Shown here one piece after another: positions 1-13,340 of a stretch of DNA of 64,000 nt. A program made the position numbers and the translations under genes. The first letter of the stretch is position 1, and every line of letters begins with the position of its first letter. Source of the DNA: Octopus vulgaris (taxonomy: Eukaryota). A model generated the notes under the pieces. The model saw only the letters and a program-made list of their open reading frames with translations. It made no database searches and had not been told where the DNA came from. The DNA lies in NCBI GenBank assembly GCA_951406725.2, contig OX597837.1, forward strand, positions 3,844,001 through 3,908,000, written 5' to 3'.

Positions 1-3
1 CAT

Positions 4-407
4 GGCAGCGAGCTGGCAGAACCGTTAGCATGCCGGGCGAAATGCTTAGCGGTATTTCGTCTGCCGTTACGTTCTGAGTTCAAATTCCGTCGAGGTCGAC
101 TTTGCCTTTCATCCTTTCGGGGTCGATTAAATAAGTACCAGTTACGCACTGGGGTCGATATAATCGACTTAATCCGTCTGTCTATCCTTGTTTGTCCTCT
201 CTGTGTTTAGTCCCTTGTGGGTAGTAAAGACATAGAAATAGGTATTTCATCCGTCTTTACGTTCTGAGTTCAAATTCCACCCAAATCGACTTTACATTTC
301 ATCCGTCCGGGGTCGATAAAATGAGTACCATTTATACACTGGGGTCGGTGAAAATGACTTACACCCTCTCCGGAATTTTCCGGCCTTGTACCAGAATTTG
401 AAACCAG
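4..407 (+). mobile_element. tRNA-derived SINE, family A (head + internal unit + tail)
   Basis: Head ggcagcgagctggcagaa, B-box-like gagttcaaattcc and core gcctttcatcctttcggggtcgat; more than 12 related copies in the window. Confidence 0.9.
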
Positions 408-1009
408 CTATGGAAACTAGCTTAAGTTCCCGCCTTATGAATCATACAGGATCACAAAAGATCTATGTACACGCATCAAAGCGCATCTACTTCTAAATAA
501 ATACGATCTTGTAAACTCTCATGGATATCTAGTTTTGGTATTTATACTCGTATCCATTACACTTTATCCTAATAACCTTTACCAATGTTACTCTCGTGGT
601 AGTATTGTATATCCAGGCTGAACTTTTATCTCTAATTAGGTGCTAACTGTACTTTAAAGGACACGTGTGATAAGACAAAAATTATAAAAGCTACGAATAT
701 AAATCCGCAGGTTTTAATTTTTTCATACAAAAAAAAACCAAAAACCAAAAACAAACACAGTAGATGTTTTCTGTGGTTTTTAAATTGGAATTAATGGAAG
801 AAGAAATACTGAAGCATTTCATACACTAAATAAATAAATAAATAAACATAATTATCATTAAATTTCCTGCAAAAATCAAGTCGTTCATTAGTTTCAGCAC
901 TGAATACACCGCTATAAATTATCCGTGTGTGAAAATACCGTGCAGATTCTCCGAATCATTGCTGTCCGCCATAATTATACGTTTATACAATATATATATA
1001 CTATGACTC

Positions 1010-1371
1010 CTTCATCATCATCACCATCAACACAGTCCTCGTCATCATCATCATCATTATCATCCTCATCATCATCATCATCATCATCATCACCACCATC
1101 ATCATCATCATTCATCATCACCATCATCACTATCATCAGCATCATCATCACTATCATCATCATCACCATCGTCGTCTTGGTGGTCGCTTTTATCAGCAAC
1201 GTCTTCATCATCACCATCCTCATCATCGTCGTCGTCATCGTCGTCACCAGCATTCTCATCAACGTCATCTTCCTCCTCCTTCTCCTCCTCCTCCTGTCCT
1301 CCTCCTTCCTCACCTGCTCCTCCTCTACCACCTCCTCGTACTCTTCCTCTTCATCATCATCATCATCGTTG

Positions 1372-1403
<32 letters not shown>

Positions 1404-1425
1404 GTCATCATCATCATCATCGTCG

Positions 1426-1457
<32 letters not shown>

Positions 1458-1458
1458 G

Positions 1459-1532
<74 letters not shown>
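1010..1532. repeat. (TCA)n/(TCC)n compound microsatellite
   Basis: Direct reading; source of the poly-S/D/M ORFs. Confidence 0.95.
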
Positions 1533-1533
<1 letters not shown>

Positions 1534-2055
1534 CCGCGCAGATTTTTCTTTTTCAGTAGCCTTCTGCGCCAACATTTCTCGAATGATTGATTGGTAACGT
1601 CAGTTTTCGGCATTAAAAAGAATTCTCATTTAATTCAGGCGAGAAATATTCCTGAAAGCATATGTCACGCGCACACACATTCGTAAGTACACATTTTGCA
1701 CCCCCTGCCAACCATGAAACGATAAATGTAAAGGCATGCAGTCTAGCTTATATAATAGAGAATACGCTGAGATGCATGCTAAGCTAATTATACGTTAGTA
1801 ATTGCACTGCTTATCCGATAATGAACTTAAGAAATCTATGTCGCGCTTTTTTATGCGAATTTCATAAAGAATTGTGGAATAAACACTTGTAAAAACTTGA
1901 CAAATATATAATTGCAATTTTCTAAGCTAAAAATACGATTTTCCTTGACTATATACGATGTGTCACTGTCTGTCTGTCTGTCTATCTTTCTATCAATCAA
2001 TCAATCAATCAATCAATCAGGCGACTGAGCCAAAATTAGCACTGACATTTTTCCT

Positions 2056-2470
2056 GACTCTTTTACTTGTTTCAGTCATTTGACTGCGGCCATGCTTGAG
2101 CACCGTCTTTAGTCGAGCAAATCGACCCCAGGACTTATTCTTTGTAAACCTTGTGCTTATTCTATCGGTCTCTTTTGCCGAACTGCTAAGTTATGGGGAA
2201 CTAAACACACCAGCATCGGTTGTCAAGCGATGTTGGTGGGGGTGTGTCAAACAGACACACAAACATATACACACATACACACGCACATATATATATATAT
2301 ATACATATATACGACAGGCTTCTTTCAGTTTCCATCTACCAAATCCACTCACAAGGTTTTGGTCGGCCCGAGGCTATAGTAGAAGACACTTGCCCAAGGT
2401 GCCAAGCAGTGGGACTGAACCCAGAACCATGTAGTTGGTAAGCAAGCTACTTACCACACAACCACTCCTA
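2056..2470 (-). mobile_element. tRNA-derived SINE, family B (CORE-like)
   Basis: Minus strand: A-box-like gtggttgtgtgg, B-box ggttcagtccc, CORE-like gcaccttgggcaagtgtctt, internal (TA/TG)n, tail gaaacaagtaaaagag. Confidence 0.9.
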
Positions 2471-2582
2471 CACCTTGTAAAATTAAAAAAATTTTACGCT
2501 ATTGAAAAGTATTGGGTTATCTTTCAATTTACTATATTATGTTAATGCGTAGCGTGGCATAGAAACACAAACACACACATAT

Positions 2583-2659
<77 letters not shown>

Positions 2660-2664
2660 ATCAT

Positions 2665-3130
2665 ACAGTTCTATATTTAAGGGATGAGGAATTATGTGCA
2701 TTATTTACAGTATTATATTGTTTACATTTGACGGATATTTGTCCTCATCTTGTTTGTTGATAACACAACGTTTCGGCTGATATACACTCCAGCTTTCATC
2801 AGGCGTTTTGGGGTTCTCATTCCTAAGGTATTTTTCGATGTTATTGTTATTATTATTATTATTATTATTACTATTATTATTATTATTATTATTATTCAGC
2901 TCACTGCCTGGAATCGAACTCGGAATCTTGGGGTTAGTAGCCTGCGCTCTTAACTACTACGCCATATGCCCACGAGAATATGGCGTAGTGGTCCTCAAGA
3001 CTTGTAATGAAGGCTGGAGGATATAACAGCCCAAAAGTTTTGTGTTAGCAAGATGAGCAAGATGAGCAACAAGCAAGATGAGGACAAATATCCGTCAAAT
3101 GTAAATAATTTAAATAATGTAAATAATGTA
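2665..3130 (-). mobile_element. tRNA-headed, hammerhead-bearing short element with an inverted partial copy
   Basis: Minus strand: tRNA-like head 2971-2896, (AAT)n, HHR 2807-2762, tail to ~2665; head-to-head internally deleted copy at 2976-3130 (+). Confidence 0.7.
2762..2807 (-). ncRNA. Minimal type I hammerhead ribozyme
   Basis: aacgc CTGATGA a agctg-gagtgtatat-cagcc GAAA cg TT gtgtt; stem I aacgc/gtgtt, palindromic stem III, one mismatch at the base of stem II. Confidence 0.8.
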
Positions 3131-3631
3131 TATATAATCAGGTTTTGAAATAGTGGCTTTCGAATCTCAGAAAATTAACAATGATATAATGTAAATATTG
3201 GGCTGAAAATCCCCTTTGAAGGCTGCTCGGGATACTTGAACCTACGTCTTCTGAATACATGACAGGCGTTTTATTCCTGAAGAGCCAGTATCCCCTCCCC
3301 CAATAAATATTTCACATTTTCTGGAAAGTTTATGACGTACTATTCTCGAATAAAATTTCTAAAATGGACAGAAGAATTACAAAGGGTTGCTTTAGTCCAA
3401 TGGTAGAACGTCTGTCATGTGTACATGTAAAATGACTTCGAGACGCACGAGTAGCCTTCAACGTTTTCTATTCAAAATGGGATTTTAACCCGATACTCAC
3501 ATGCTGTTATTTAAAGTTTTACGTAAAACGCGAGATACATTCGAAAAGAGAATTATTTCATGTTCTGATACGGTACTTGTACCACGTCCTCGCGTTATGG
3601 TCTATTCTTGTTTGTTCTTCTCTGTTTGTAT

Positions 3632-3692
<61 letters not shown>

Positions 3693-3745
3693 CAGCCCAA
3701 AAGTTTTGTGTTAGCAACAAACAAGATGAGAACAAATATCCGTCA

Positions 3746-3801
<56 letters not shown>

Positions 3802-3808
3802 CACACAC

Positions 3809-3852
<44 letters not shown>

Positions 3853-4779
3853 ATGTAATGTGAAACAAATAGAGATGTGCGTCGATTAAGATGCTGATAA
3901 TAATAGCATGTAATTTTATTGAATTTATAAACCTCTGGATAGAATAAAGAAACACAGCAAGGGTTACCTGCGTAATTCGAAACCGTATCTCATGCACCCA
4001 GGACAGAATCCTAACAGTAACACTAACGTAACATCCAGCTTCTTATTGCATCCGATTAGAAGTCTTATTCTTTACAAGTAACAACGTAGCTGTTTACATC
4101 TTCAACAACAAAGGACGAGCAACATTACTTTAATTCACTCTCAAAACACGTTCCATTACTCACTGCAGATAAAGAAACCATTTACAATGATTTATTGAAT
4201 ATCTCGAAATCACCTATATCTCCAATATTTTTAATGCGATTGACGATTCATTTCTGCAACACAAAAGCACCAATAAAAACAAACACAAAAGCAAAAAATT
4301 GGCCATATCACTGTCATAAAGAAACAGTTAAAATGGCGCCAGTTTTATTTGTCAAGAGCTTTGTGAGCTAAACATTTTACACCCATTCTTACACGCGTCC
4401 CAGCGTTTGTAAAACGGCTTCTGGAACTGCATCTAAAGACATCTCCAGATAGCAAATCGATGAATATGACAAATAAAGCATTTAAAGTTTAATGGATCAA
4501 CTAATTGTCTTTTAAAACATACTTTAAGGCTAAAAATTTAATCGAGAGAGACGCCGTCCTGTAGGCGCTGGTTCGCCTAGAAAGCAAGCATATATATTAA
4601 TATAAATACATTAATGTGTGTATGTGTATATGAGTATATAAACGTGCATATGCATATATTTATATGTAAGTGTTTATACACTCATATGTATATGTATGTG
4701 TTTATACACTCATATGTATATGTATGTGTATATATGTATGTGTATATTTTGGCGGTGAAGCAGCATATATATATAGATA

Positions 4780-4853
<74 letters not shown>

Positions 4854-4854
4854 T

Positions 4855-4998
4855 CGCCGAGGTCGACTTTGCCTATCATCCTTTCGGGGTCGATAAATTA
4901 AGTATCAGTTATGCACTGGGGTCGATGTAATCGACTTAATCCGTTTGTCTGTCCTTGTTTGTCCCCTCTGTTTAGCCCCCTGTGTGCAATAAATAAAT
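4855..4998 (+). mobile_element. SINE A, 5'-truncated, following (CTA)n
   Basis: Matches the core and internal unit of the 4-407 copy. Confidence 0.85.
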
Positions 4999-5061
4999 AA
5001 ATATAATAGTGCATTTGATAAGCACACTAGCAGACAGCACCTCTCTCTCTCTCTATCTACC

Positions 5062-5425
5062 CTCACCTTCCTCTTCAAATGAAATTTGAAGAAACTGAGG
5101 ACTTGACCAGATAGGAATGTGGATGTCTTCAAACCTTTCAGACGGGTCCGCCACACAGCCTCTTCTGCCACAGCCACAAAGCAGAGAGAGTGATCTGCTT
5201 TCCTTCTCTGCTAAGGAAAAGTGGTGCGTCGAACTTCACTGTACACTGGGCTGACAGCTGAATTCGTCTTACATGCAACAACAGCTGCTGCTGCACACAA
5301 TTTCTAATGTATGAATTATTGCATGCTGGACGATATCGTTCCAGTGCAAGCACCCCGGGGAGGTTCGGCTGTTGACACTTCCATGCTCGAAGAATTTGTC
5401 TCGAACGGGCAACCCTCTTTAGCGT
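5062..5425 (-). pseudogene. Tx1/L1-clade LINE ORF2 C-terminal fragment (frameshifted)
   Basis: Minus-strand translation across frames gives LPVRDKFFEHG..IVQHAIIH..VAVAEEAVWRTRLKG..FFKFHLKRKVR, resembling the zf-RVT region and C-terminus of Tx1-type ORF2. Confidence 0.6.
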
Positions 5426-5429
5426 AATG

Positions 5430-5474
<45 letters not shown>

Positions 5475-5600
5475 TTAATAATAATATTAATAATAATAAT
5501 AATAAAAATAATAAAAATAATAATAGTAATAATAATAATAATGATAATAATAATAATGATAATAATGATAATAATAATAATAATGATGATGATGATGATG

Positions 5601-5667
<67 letters not shown>
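5425..5667. repeat. (TAA)n microsatellite
   Basis: Direct reading. Confidence 0.95.
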
Positions 5668-5668
<1 letters not shown>

Positions 5669-6420
5669 CACAAAAACAACAACACCAATAATAAACAGAA
5701 GTTATGTTTGGAAACATACATATTGTCTCTGTGAAAAAGCAAAACACAAACACGTACACAAACATACACACAAACATACACAAACATACACACAAACGCA
5801 CACACGCACATATGCATGTATGTATCAACGCCTGTATGTATATATGTATGTATGTAAGTACGCATTGGAGTTTAATAGAGAAGACGTACGATAGGAATTG
5901 TTAAGGAATATTTATTGAACTATGTTGGCACATTGTATATAGTTTATCCATTGTGTCCCATTGACAGCTGATTGGAGCTGAGTGATAGCGTATCGATATC
6001 TGAATCTAGAAAAGAATTAATCGATGAAGCACGAAGAATGGATAGCTTTGTAATATTTATTTTCTTTTGTGGATTTACTTTATGATTTGTTCTGTTCTTT
6101 TGATTTGCGATTTGGAACGAACGACGGCATGAGATAAGAGGATAATGTCAAATTAAATAACTTTCGTGTGTGTGTGTTTGTGTGTGTGTGTGTGTATGTG
6201 TTTGTGTGTAAGTGTTTGGGTGTATGTGTGTGTGAATTGCAGTATATATAAACATAATTGTACGATAAATAGCTACATGCATATATATGTGTGTGGGTAC
6301 GTAGATATACATATGCACATGTATACACATGAATGCATATATATATATGTATATAAATACATATATGTATGTTTATATATATATACATACATGTATGTAA
6401 ATGCGTCCATATATCTCTCC

Positions 6421-6464
<44 letters not shown>

Positions 6465-6670
6465 TTGTGTTTGTGTGTGTTTGTGTGTGTATGTATATAT
6501 AAACATGCATATATGTGTATCTGTGTGGATGTATGTAAGTATATACAAATATATATCTATGTTATATAGTTAAGCACTCACACACGTTCATTTATAAATC
6601 TACAGGTATAAAAATATAAATGTAGTTAAGGTATATACTTAATACTTATATATTTATCCATGCACACACG

Positions 6671-6765
<95 letters not shown>

Positions 6766-7254
6766 GTTTCGTTTCTATCTACATTATGTGTAGGTGTGTG
6801 TACCTGTGTGTAACAACACCTCAACTTTAAAACACGATTTCCCGACAACACGACTGTCAACTTTTATCTTTTTAAGCAAGATATTTTTTCCTATTTCCTC
6901 AAGAATTCTTTTCCTGTTTGCAAGAGTGAAACCTCCGTATTCCGCATCATCGTGTTCTCTCTTGTACAAAGTGATGCTTATGTCTTTTTTTTTATACGAA
7001 GCATTGCAAAAGTGAATGATGTAGCGTGTGACCAGTAAAGATCTTATATATATTTTATTAATGTATTTTATTTTGGCGTTTATTTTACCTTTTAACTATC
7101 AGTTATTTATTTAATCTCCGTGTTTTACTACTTGTCCATTCTGTAGAGTATAGATTCATTGGTTGCAAATGTTTTCCTATATAATTTTATTGTGTGCTGC
7201 ATGACACGGTTTGATGACAATTGCGTAATGTTTAAGAGCGTTGCGAACCACATT

Positions 7255-7580
7255 GTGAAGGCGTGTAGACTAGTGTTTAGATTGCAGCACCCGCGATCAC
7301 AAGCTTGTGGTTTCGATTCCCAATCCGTGTAGTGCCTTGCGTTTCTTGAGCGAAACACTTCGTTTCACGTCACCCCAATTCCATCAGTTTTAAATGAGTA
7401 AGCCTCCGATGGGCTAACATCCTGTTCAGGGTTATGTTCGGCTCTCGGACGCTTATACGCTAGGGAAAAGGGGTAACCGACTCTCCGAGTCCAGGGACTC
7501 GAGACAGAAATGCTTGATGATGATGATGTTAGCAATGATGAGGATGACGGTTATGATGATGACGACGATGATGATGAGGA
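7255..7580 (+). mobile_element. Decayed tRNA-derived CORE-type SINE with (GAT)n tail
   Basis: B-box gtttcgattccc, CORE-like ttcttgagcgaaacactt..aaatgagta; head related to the copy at 17323. Confidence 0.6.
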
Positions 7581-7907
7581 GGAGGAAACAGATGGAGAAT
7601 GTCGGACAACTTTGTGTCTAGTGACTAGGCCCCAGTACTTTGCTTAATAACAAAGTTAACTCCTTCTCAGTTAGTGATTTTGTTTGCTTTTGTGTCAATA
7701 ATTTTCCATAGTTACGTTCGAGGGTAAAGTGTGTAATGTTTCTGATGAATGTTTTAAAACAAACCGTCGAAGTAATACTTTATCGAGTCGGAGCAGTAAA
7801 ACAGATTGTATATAATGGCTTACAATACGGAAACGCAATCTTTCTGTGGTATTTATGGTTACTGAGCTTTGATATTTTACGGTTTCTATTTAGTATATGT
7901 TTTTCAC

Positions 7908-8321
7908 TAACGTTAGCACGCCGGGCGAACTGGCAGAATCGTTAGCACGCAGGGCAAAATACATAGCCGTATTTCGTCTGCCGTTACGTTCCGAGGTCAA
8001 ATTCCGTCGAGGTCGACTTAACCTTTCATCCTTTCGGGGTCGATAAATTCAGTACCAGTTACGCACTGGGTCGATGTAATCGACTTAATCCGTTTCTCTG
8101 TCCTTGTTTGTCCCCTCTGTTTTTAGCCCCTTGTGGGTAGTAAAGAAATACGTATTTCGCCGGCCGTTACGTTCTGGGTTCAAATTTCGCCGAGGTCGAC
8201 TTTGCCTTTCATCCTTTCGGGGTCGATAAAATAAGTACCAGTTACGCACTGGGGTCGATGTAATCAAGTTAATCCGTTTGTTTGTCCACTCTGTGTTTAG
8301 CCCCTTGTTGGTAGTAAAGAA
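7908..8321 (+). mobile_element. SINE A with duplicated head piece and 2 internal units
   Basis: Similarity to 4-407. Confidence 0.88.
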
Positions 8322-8520
8322 ACATATTTACTAATCGAGTGAAAAAGAAATAATTAAAAATGGAAAAAATTCATTTACCAGGAATTATGACAGGGTTCTA
8401 AGAATGATTATAAAGCGGCGATATTCATGACATATATATCTTTCTCTCTGTCTCTGTCTCTCTCTCACTCCTTCTCAATATATACATACATATATAGTTC
8501 CATTTCTATATATGTATATA

Positions 8521-9710
8521 CAGACATGCAGGAAGTAAATAGACACCTTTAATTTTCAGAATCTTTTATTTAATACGCAAAGCGAACAATTGAAATGTAA
8601 TCGATAGGTAGGACTACATACTTTAGTATTTAGTTGACATTCCCTTTGCAGTTGTTAATTCAGAAATTCTTTTTGGCTTTGAACTGATGGGCTTTGTGAT
8701 TGTCTTTTGTGGAATTTATGCCCACTTTTCACGCAACAATCGAAAAAATTCATTTTTAGATTTAGGTTTCTGTCGAGTTTTTCGTGTAGCTCTATCTAGT
8801 ATGCTCCAAACATTTTCACTTGGGTCCATGTCAGGAGATTAGCTCGGCCAAGGAAGCTTTTCGACCCCATTTTTAGTCAGCCATTGTTGTTTCATTTTCG
8901 TTGTGTGTCATGGAACCCCATCTTCCATGACTAAAAACCCATTTCTCGTTATCGTATCGTGTGAATGCATGGGAAGAATTCTTTGCTTAAGTATTTCGAT
9001 ATATTTTTCAGAATTTATGGTTTCAGCACATTCGATCAGCTCAGAACGACCATTGCTAGTGACAGCTCCCCATACCATTACAGAGACACCGCCACGTTTC
9101 ACAGTTGTTTGGAGTCGTTTCAAATCAAATTCTTGACTGGGAAGCCTCCAGACACAAACACATCCACTGTCTGAAAATAATGCAAATCTGGATTCATCTG
9201 AGAAAATCACTCTATCCCAAAATGAACTGGCTTTTTCTGACATCTCTTTAGCCCAATACTTTCTGTTTATGATATTAATTGGTTGAAGGAGAGGTTTTCT
9301 TCTAGCTGCTCGTCCAGAATACTCAAGCTTATACAGATATGTAATACATGTTCTTTGACTAACTTCTAGCTGTTTTGCAATGTCAGAAGCATTCTAGCGG
9401 CCGGGACGAGAATCTGTTGATTATTTTCCTTGACTTTTGAATTGCATTATGATTCTCTTAACAGTAGCAAGAGGAATTTGAAGATTTTCGGCAATTTTTT
9501 GTTGGCTAAGACCAGCCTCAGATTGCCCAACAATCTGACAGTTCTGCTGAAATCTTTTGCGTGGCATGGTTACACTTCGCAAATGTTTAATATATTTGTA
9601 CCTAGAATGAAAAAGAATAAATTGTAAATTCTACACCGCTGAAAACATTAAGACGCTTAGATCAGAAATTTTGAAAATTAAAAGTGTTTGTTTTACTTCC
9701 TGCATGTCTG
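8521..9710 (-). mobile_element. Tc1-family (DD34E) DNA transposon, decayed
   Basis: ~42-bp TIRs (cagacatgcaggaagtaaa..), TA on both flanks; transposase remnant WDRVIFSDESRF..VMVWGAV..EDGVP*H..WPS*SPDMDPSENVW with 34 residues between D and E and in-frame stops. Confidence 0.92.
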
Positions 9711-9839
9711 TATATATATATAATTTTAATATTACAATTTTGCTGAATCAGCCATCGTTTCCAGTGGTAAATTCTATAAATATTGACAAGTGGATCTTTG
9801 CCACCAGCAATGGAGTGGTATCATTTATTTCAGCATCGA

Positions 9840-9988
9840 GTTTTCGAAAGATTCTGGCCTTATTTGAACTTCAAGGCATGTGATTTACGTATGTGCTAAA
9901 AATCATTAAAATCAGTTGGATGGTGTGGGAGAAGTAACAGTAACCTCAAACAGACAGACAAACACCATTACACATTTATGTATATAGA
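9840..9988 (-). mobile_element. Possible Helitron-type 5' end fragment
   Basis: Minus strand A|TCTATATACATAAA, then (TGTC)n and ..aactgattttaatgattttt; no 3' end seen. Confidence 0.35.
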
Positions 9989-11269
9989 TATCATGCCAAT
10001 AGTGAAATAAACAGTTTCTAACCTAGATTCAAGGTTCCTTCATTGGAATTTCAACATCAACAATAGGGTTGTTTTTGCTTTCTTCTATGTATGTATGTAT
10101 GTATGTATATATATGTATGTATATATGTATGTATGTATGTATGAATGTATGTATGTACGTACGTATGTATGTACGTATGTATGTATGTATGTATGTATGT
10201 GTAGGTGTAGACTAGTATATTTTGTTTTATGCATGTATCCTCATGAATATAGTTACATATCTAGACATGCTCATATATATTTAAATGATAATCTTCTGGA
10301 AAGTTTTACAGATCTTTACTGTTCCAGTGATAAATTGGATCTGTAGTCTTCGAATTAGCTTTCTCTTTTCTGGTGTTGAGAAGTATGTATGTATGTATGT
10401 ATGTATGTATGTATGTATGTATGTATGTATGTATGTATGTGTGTGTGTGTGTATGTGTGTATGTTTATGTCTAACAGAATTCTGTGATTTTAACATATGT
10501 ATGGAAATTGTTTATCATGTTAGATGTTGGCGAAGGAATTCGCAGCGAAATATTATTTATCCTAAATCTCTTTTGATGCATTAAAATTGTTTTATTATGT
10601 TATATTGCAACGTAAATAATAGATTTCTTCTGACCAGGCCACCGTCTTTCACGTCAACCAAGAAAAATTTAAGACTTTGATACGTTTCTCTAAACTATAC
10701 ACAGATAAAATACTTGTACACACAGACACACAAACACACTATGTTGTATTTCTAACAATGGTTTTTCAATAAATTACTTTGATATATCATCGTGGAAGCA
10801 CCGAGACAGTTTTCTTACCATTTGATAATTCAAGTGAAGACAAATTATTTGTAATGTTATGGTTGTACCAAACAGCAAACATTACAAGACACTGCAAACA
10901 GGAAGCAATCCTTTGTTCTTTTAGAATTTAATTACATTTCTACATATACAAACATACATACATAAATGCATAGACACGTACATACAGTGTATATGTATCT
11001 CTGTCTCTCGTTCTGTAAATGTATATAAGCGTATATGTGAGTGTACGCGCTCGTGATGGCGTGTGGGTGTTTGTGTGTTTGTTGTTTGACTAACCATGAT
11101 ACATTTGATCTCTACCCTGTTGTGACAGACGATTATATTTATAGCTGTTTATATATTATAAGTGTCTGCACTTTGGTCGTATGTGTTTCATGGATGATGC
11201 AGCACCGTCTACGTAACTAAAACAGACTACGAAACAGGTGTCAACAAACAGAATATATTCTTTTTTCTT

Positions 11270-11650
11270 TTTATTCTTTTTCTCGTTGCAGTCATTTTGA
11301 CTGCGGCCATGCTGGAGCACCACCTTTTTTTAGTCGAGCAAATTGACCTCAGGACTTATTCTATCGGTCTCTTTTGCCTAATCGCTAAGTTACGGGGACG
11401 TAAACACACCAGCATCGGTTGTCATGCGATGTTGGGGGAACAAACACAGACACACAAACACACATACACATTCATATATATATACATATATATGACGGTC
11501 TTCTTTCAGTTTCGGTCTACCAAATCCACTCACAAGACTTTGGTCGGCCCGAGGCTATAGTAGAAGGCACTTGCCCAAAGTGCCACGCAGTGGGACTGAA
11601 TCCGGAACCATTTCATTGGTAAGCAAGCTACTTACCACACAGCCACTCCA
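11270..11650 (-). mobile_element. SINE B
   Basis: Similarity to 2056-2470. Confidence 0.88.
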
Positions 11651-12191
11651 GTATTAAAGTATAAACACCTTTCACTTCTCTTATCTGGTAAATTTTTATA
11701 CATACTCCCCACCCCTGTGATTGCCGTATTTTCAGAACGAGGTCGAGTGCGTATAGAAGTCTTAACCATTGCTTTTCTCGATAGCAATGAATCAGGCACG
11801 GACTTTAATGCTGTGTTTGATTATTGAATTTTTATATATACGTCTGTATGTATGTATGTGTAAAGTGTGTATGTGTGTATAAATGAATGTGTGTGGGGTG
11901 ACTATTCATATGTGAATTTTGCAGAAAAGACGTGAAATTCCAGAACGGATATAATGAGAGTTTAATCAAATTTCCTTCCCGTTCATCTTCCCTTCCCATA
12001 AACCGTGACAAACTACAATTAATAAACGTAACAATTTTCAAATCAAAATTTGTTTGTTGTAATTTTTTATTGTTTATCAATCCATCTTTCCTGCTGATTC
12101 CAAAAATGAAATTATTTCTACAGTTAAAAATATATGTCGACTTTGAATGTTATATATTCGGTATTGTTATAATGTTTCGCTACTAAATGTA

Positions 12192-12228
12192 GAGTCCGCT
12201 GCCCTAACCACTGGGCCATTGCGCCTCC
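12192..12228 (-). mobile_element. Isolated head of SINE C
   Basis: Reverse complement ggaggcgcaatggcccagtggttagggcagcggactc matches the head at 35181. Confidence 0.8.
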
Positions 12229-12864
12229 GTATCAAATATTACTTGCTTGTGAACGGTGTGGATGTGTGTCTAGAATTTGTCTGTAGATTGGATGTTCATG
12301 TCTGAAGACATTCCGATATCTCGATAAAAAAAAAACTTCGTTTTACAAACGGAAAAATCTTTCTTTATTTTGTTTCAAATATATACACCAACAAGGCTAT
12401 TAGCATTAAAGTGCACGTCGTTCTAATTTAATCTACCATTTCATTAATTATATATGTAGAACAGATGGATATGGTGCGATAATTTCATGGTTGTTCTTAT
12501 GGCGATGCTCGGAATAGAACTATTATGGTTGATAGCATATGAATGTATCTGATGGTTGATAGAAACCTAAATAGCCTAGTTATGAAACTGAAAGGAAACT
12601 GTATTTCCGAGTCAAACAGTTTTATGATTATTTGAGTGCTTGTACTGGATATTAGGTATTATTAATTGAATTCATTATTTGCTGATTGCTGAATATGATG
12701 GACTGGAGAATCTAATTTACAGAGTGATAACAAACGTTGATCTTATTACCCTTTACTACTGTAAAATAAGCTGACTTAGGCGAAATAGAGCAATTTCTAA
12801 ACCAGATGGCTATATATTATTATTGCTGAAAACTGGCTGGCTTGCTATGATGTTTTCCAGTAAA

Positions 12865-12927
<63 letters not shown>

Positions 12928-12933
12928 ATATAG

Positions 12934-12988
<55 letters not shown>

Positions 12989-13039
12989 GAGGTAGATATA
13001 GATATATAGTTATATAGATATATATATATTTACATATAT

Positions 13040-13340
13040 ATACTCTTTTACTTGTTACAGTCATTTGACTGCGTCCATGCTGGAGAACCGCCTTTAATCA
13101 AGCAACTCGACCCCAGGACTTATTCTTTTGTAAGCCAAGTACTTATTCTATCGGTCTCTTTTGTCGAACCGTTAAGTAACGGGCTTCTTTCAGTTTCCGT
13201 CTACCAAATCCACTCACAAGGCTTTGGTCGGCCCGTGGCTATAGTAGAAGACACTTGCCCAAGGTGCCACGCAGTGGGACTGAACCCGGAACCATGTGGT
13301 TGGTAAACAAGCTACTTACCACACAGCCACTTCTGCGCCT
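13040..13340 (-). mobile_element. SINE B, internally deleted
   Basis: Both ends present, central microsatellite segment missing. Confidence 0.85.

Noticed and set aside
925-1613. 221-aa and 212-aa ORFs on both strands
   Set aside because: Translations of (TCA)n repeats with no domain or splice context
2896-2971. Possible tRNA gene
   Set aside because: No proper acceptor stem or oligo-T terminator; it is the head of a repeat
3277-3283. CTGAAGA as a hammerhead core
   Set aside because: No downstream stem II plus GAAA..UH found
4330-4340. YY1-like AAAATGGCG promoter motif
   Set aside because: Single short motif with no supporting exon or CpG-rich context
12400-12860. Non-repetitive stretch as an exon or RT fragment
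   Set aside because: Stops in the frames inspected and no recognisable motif
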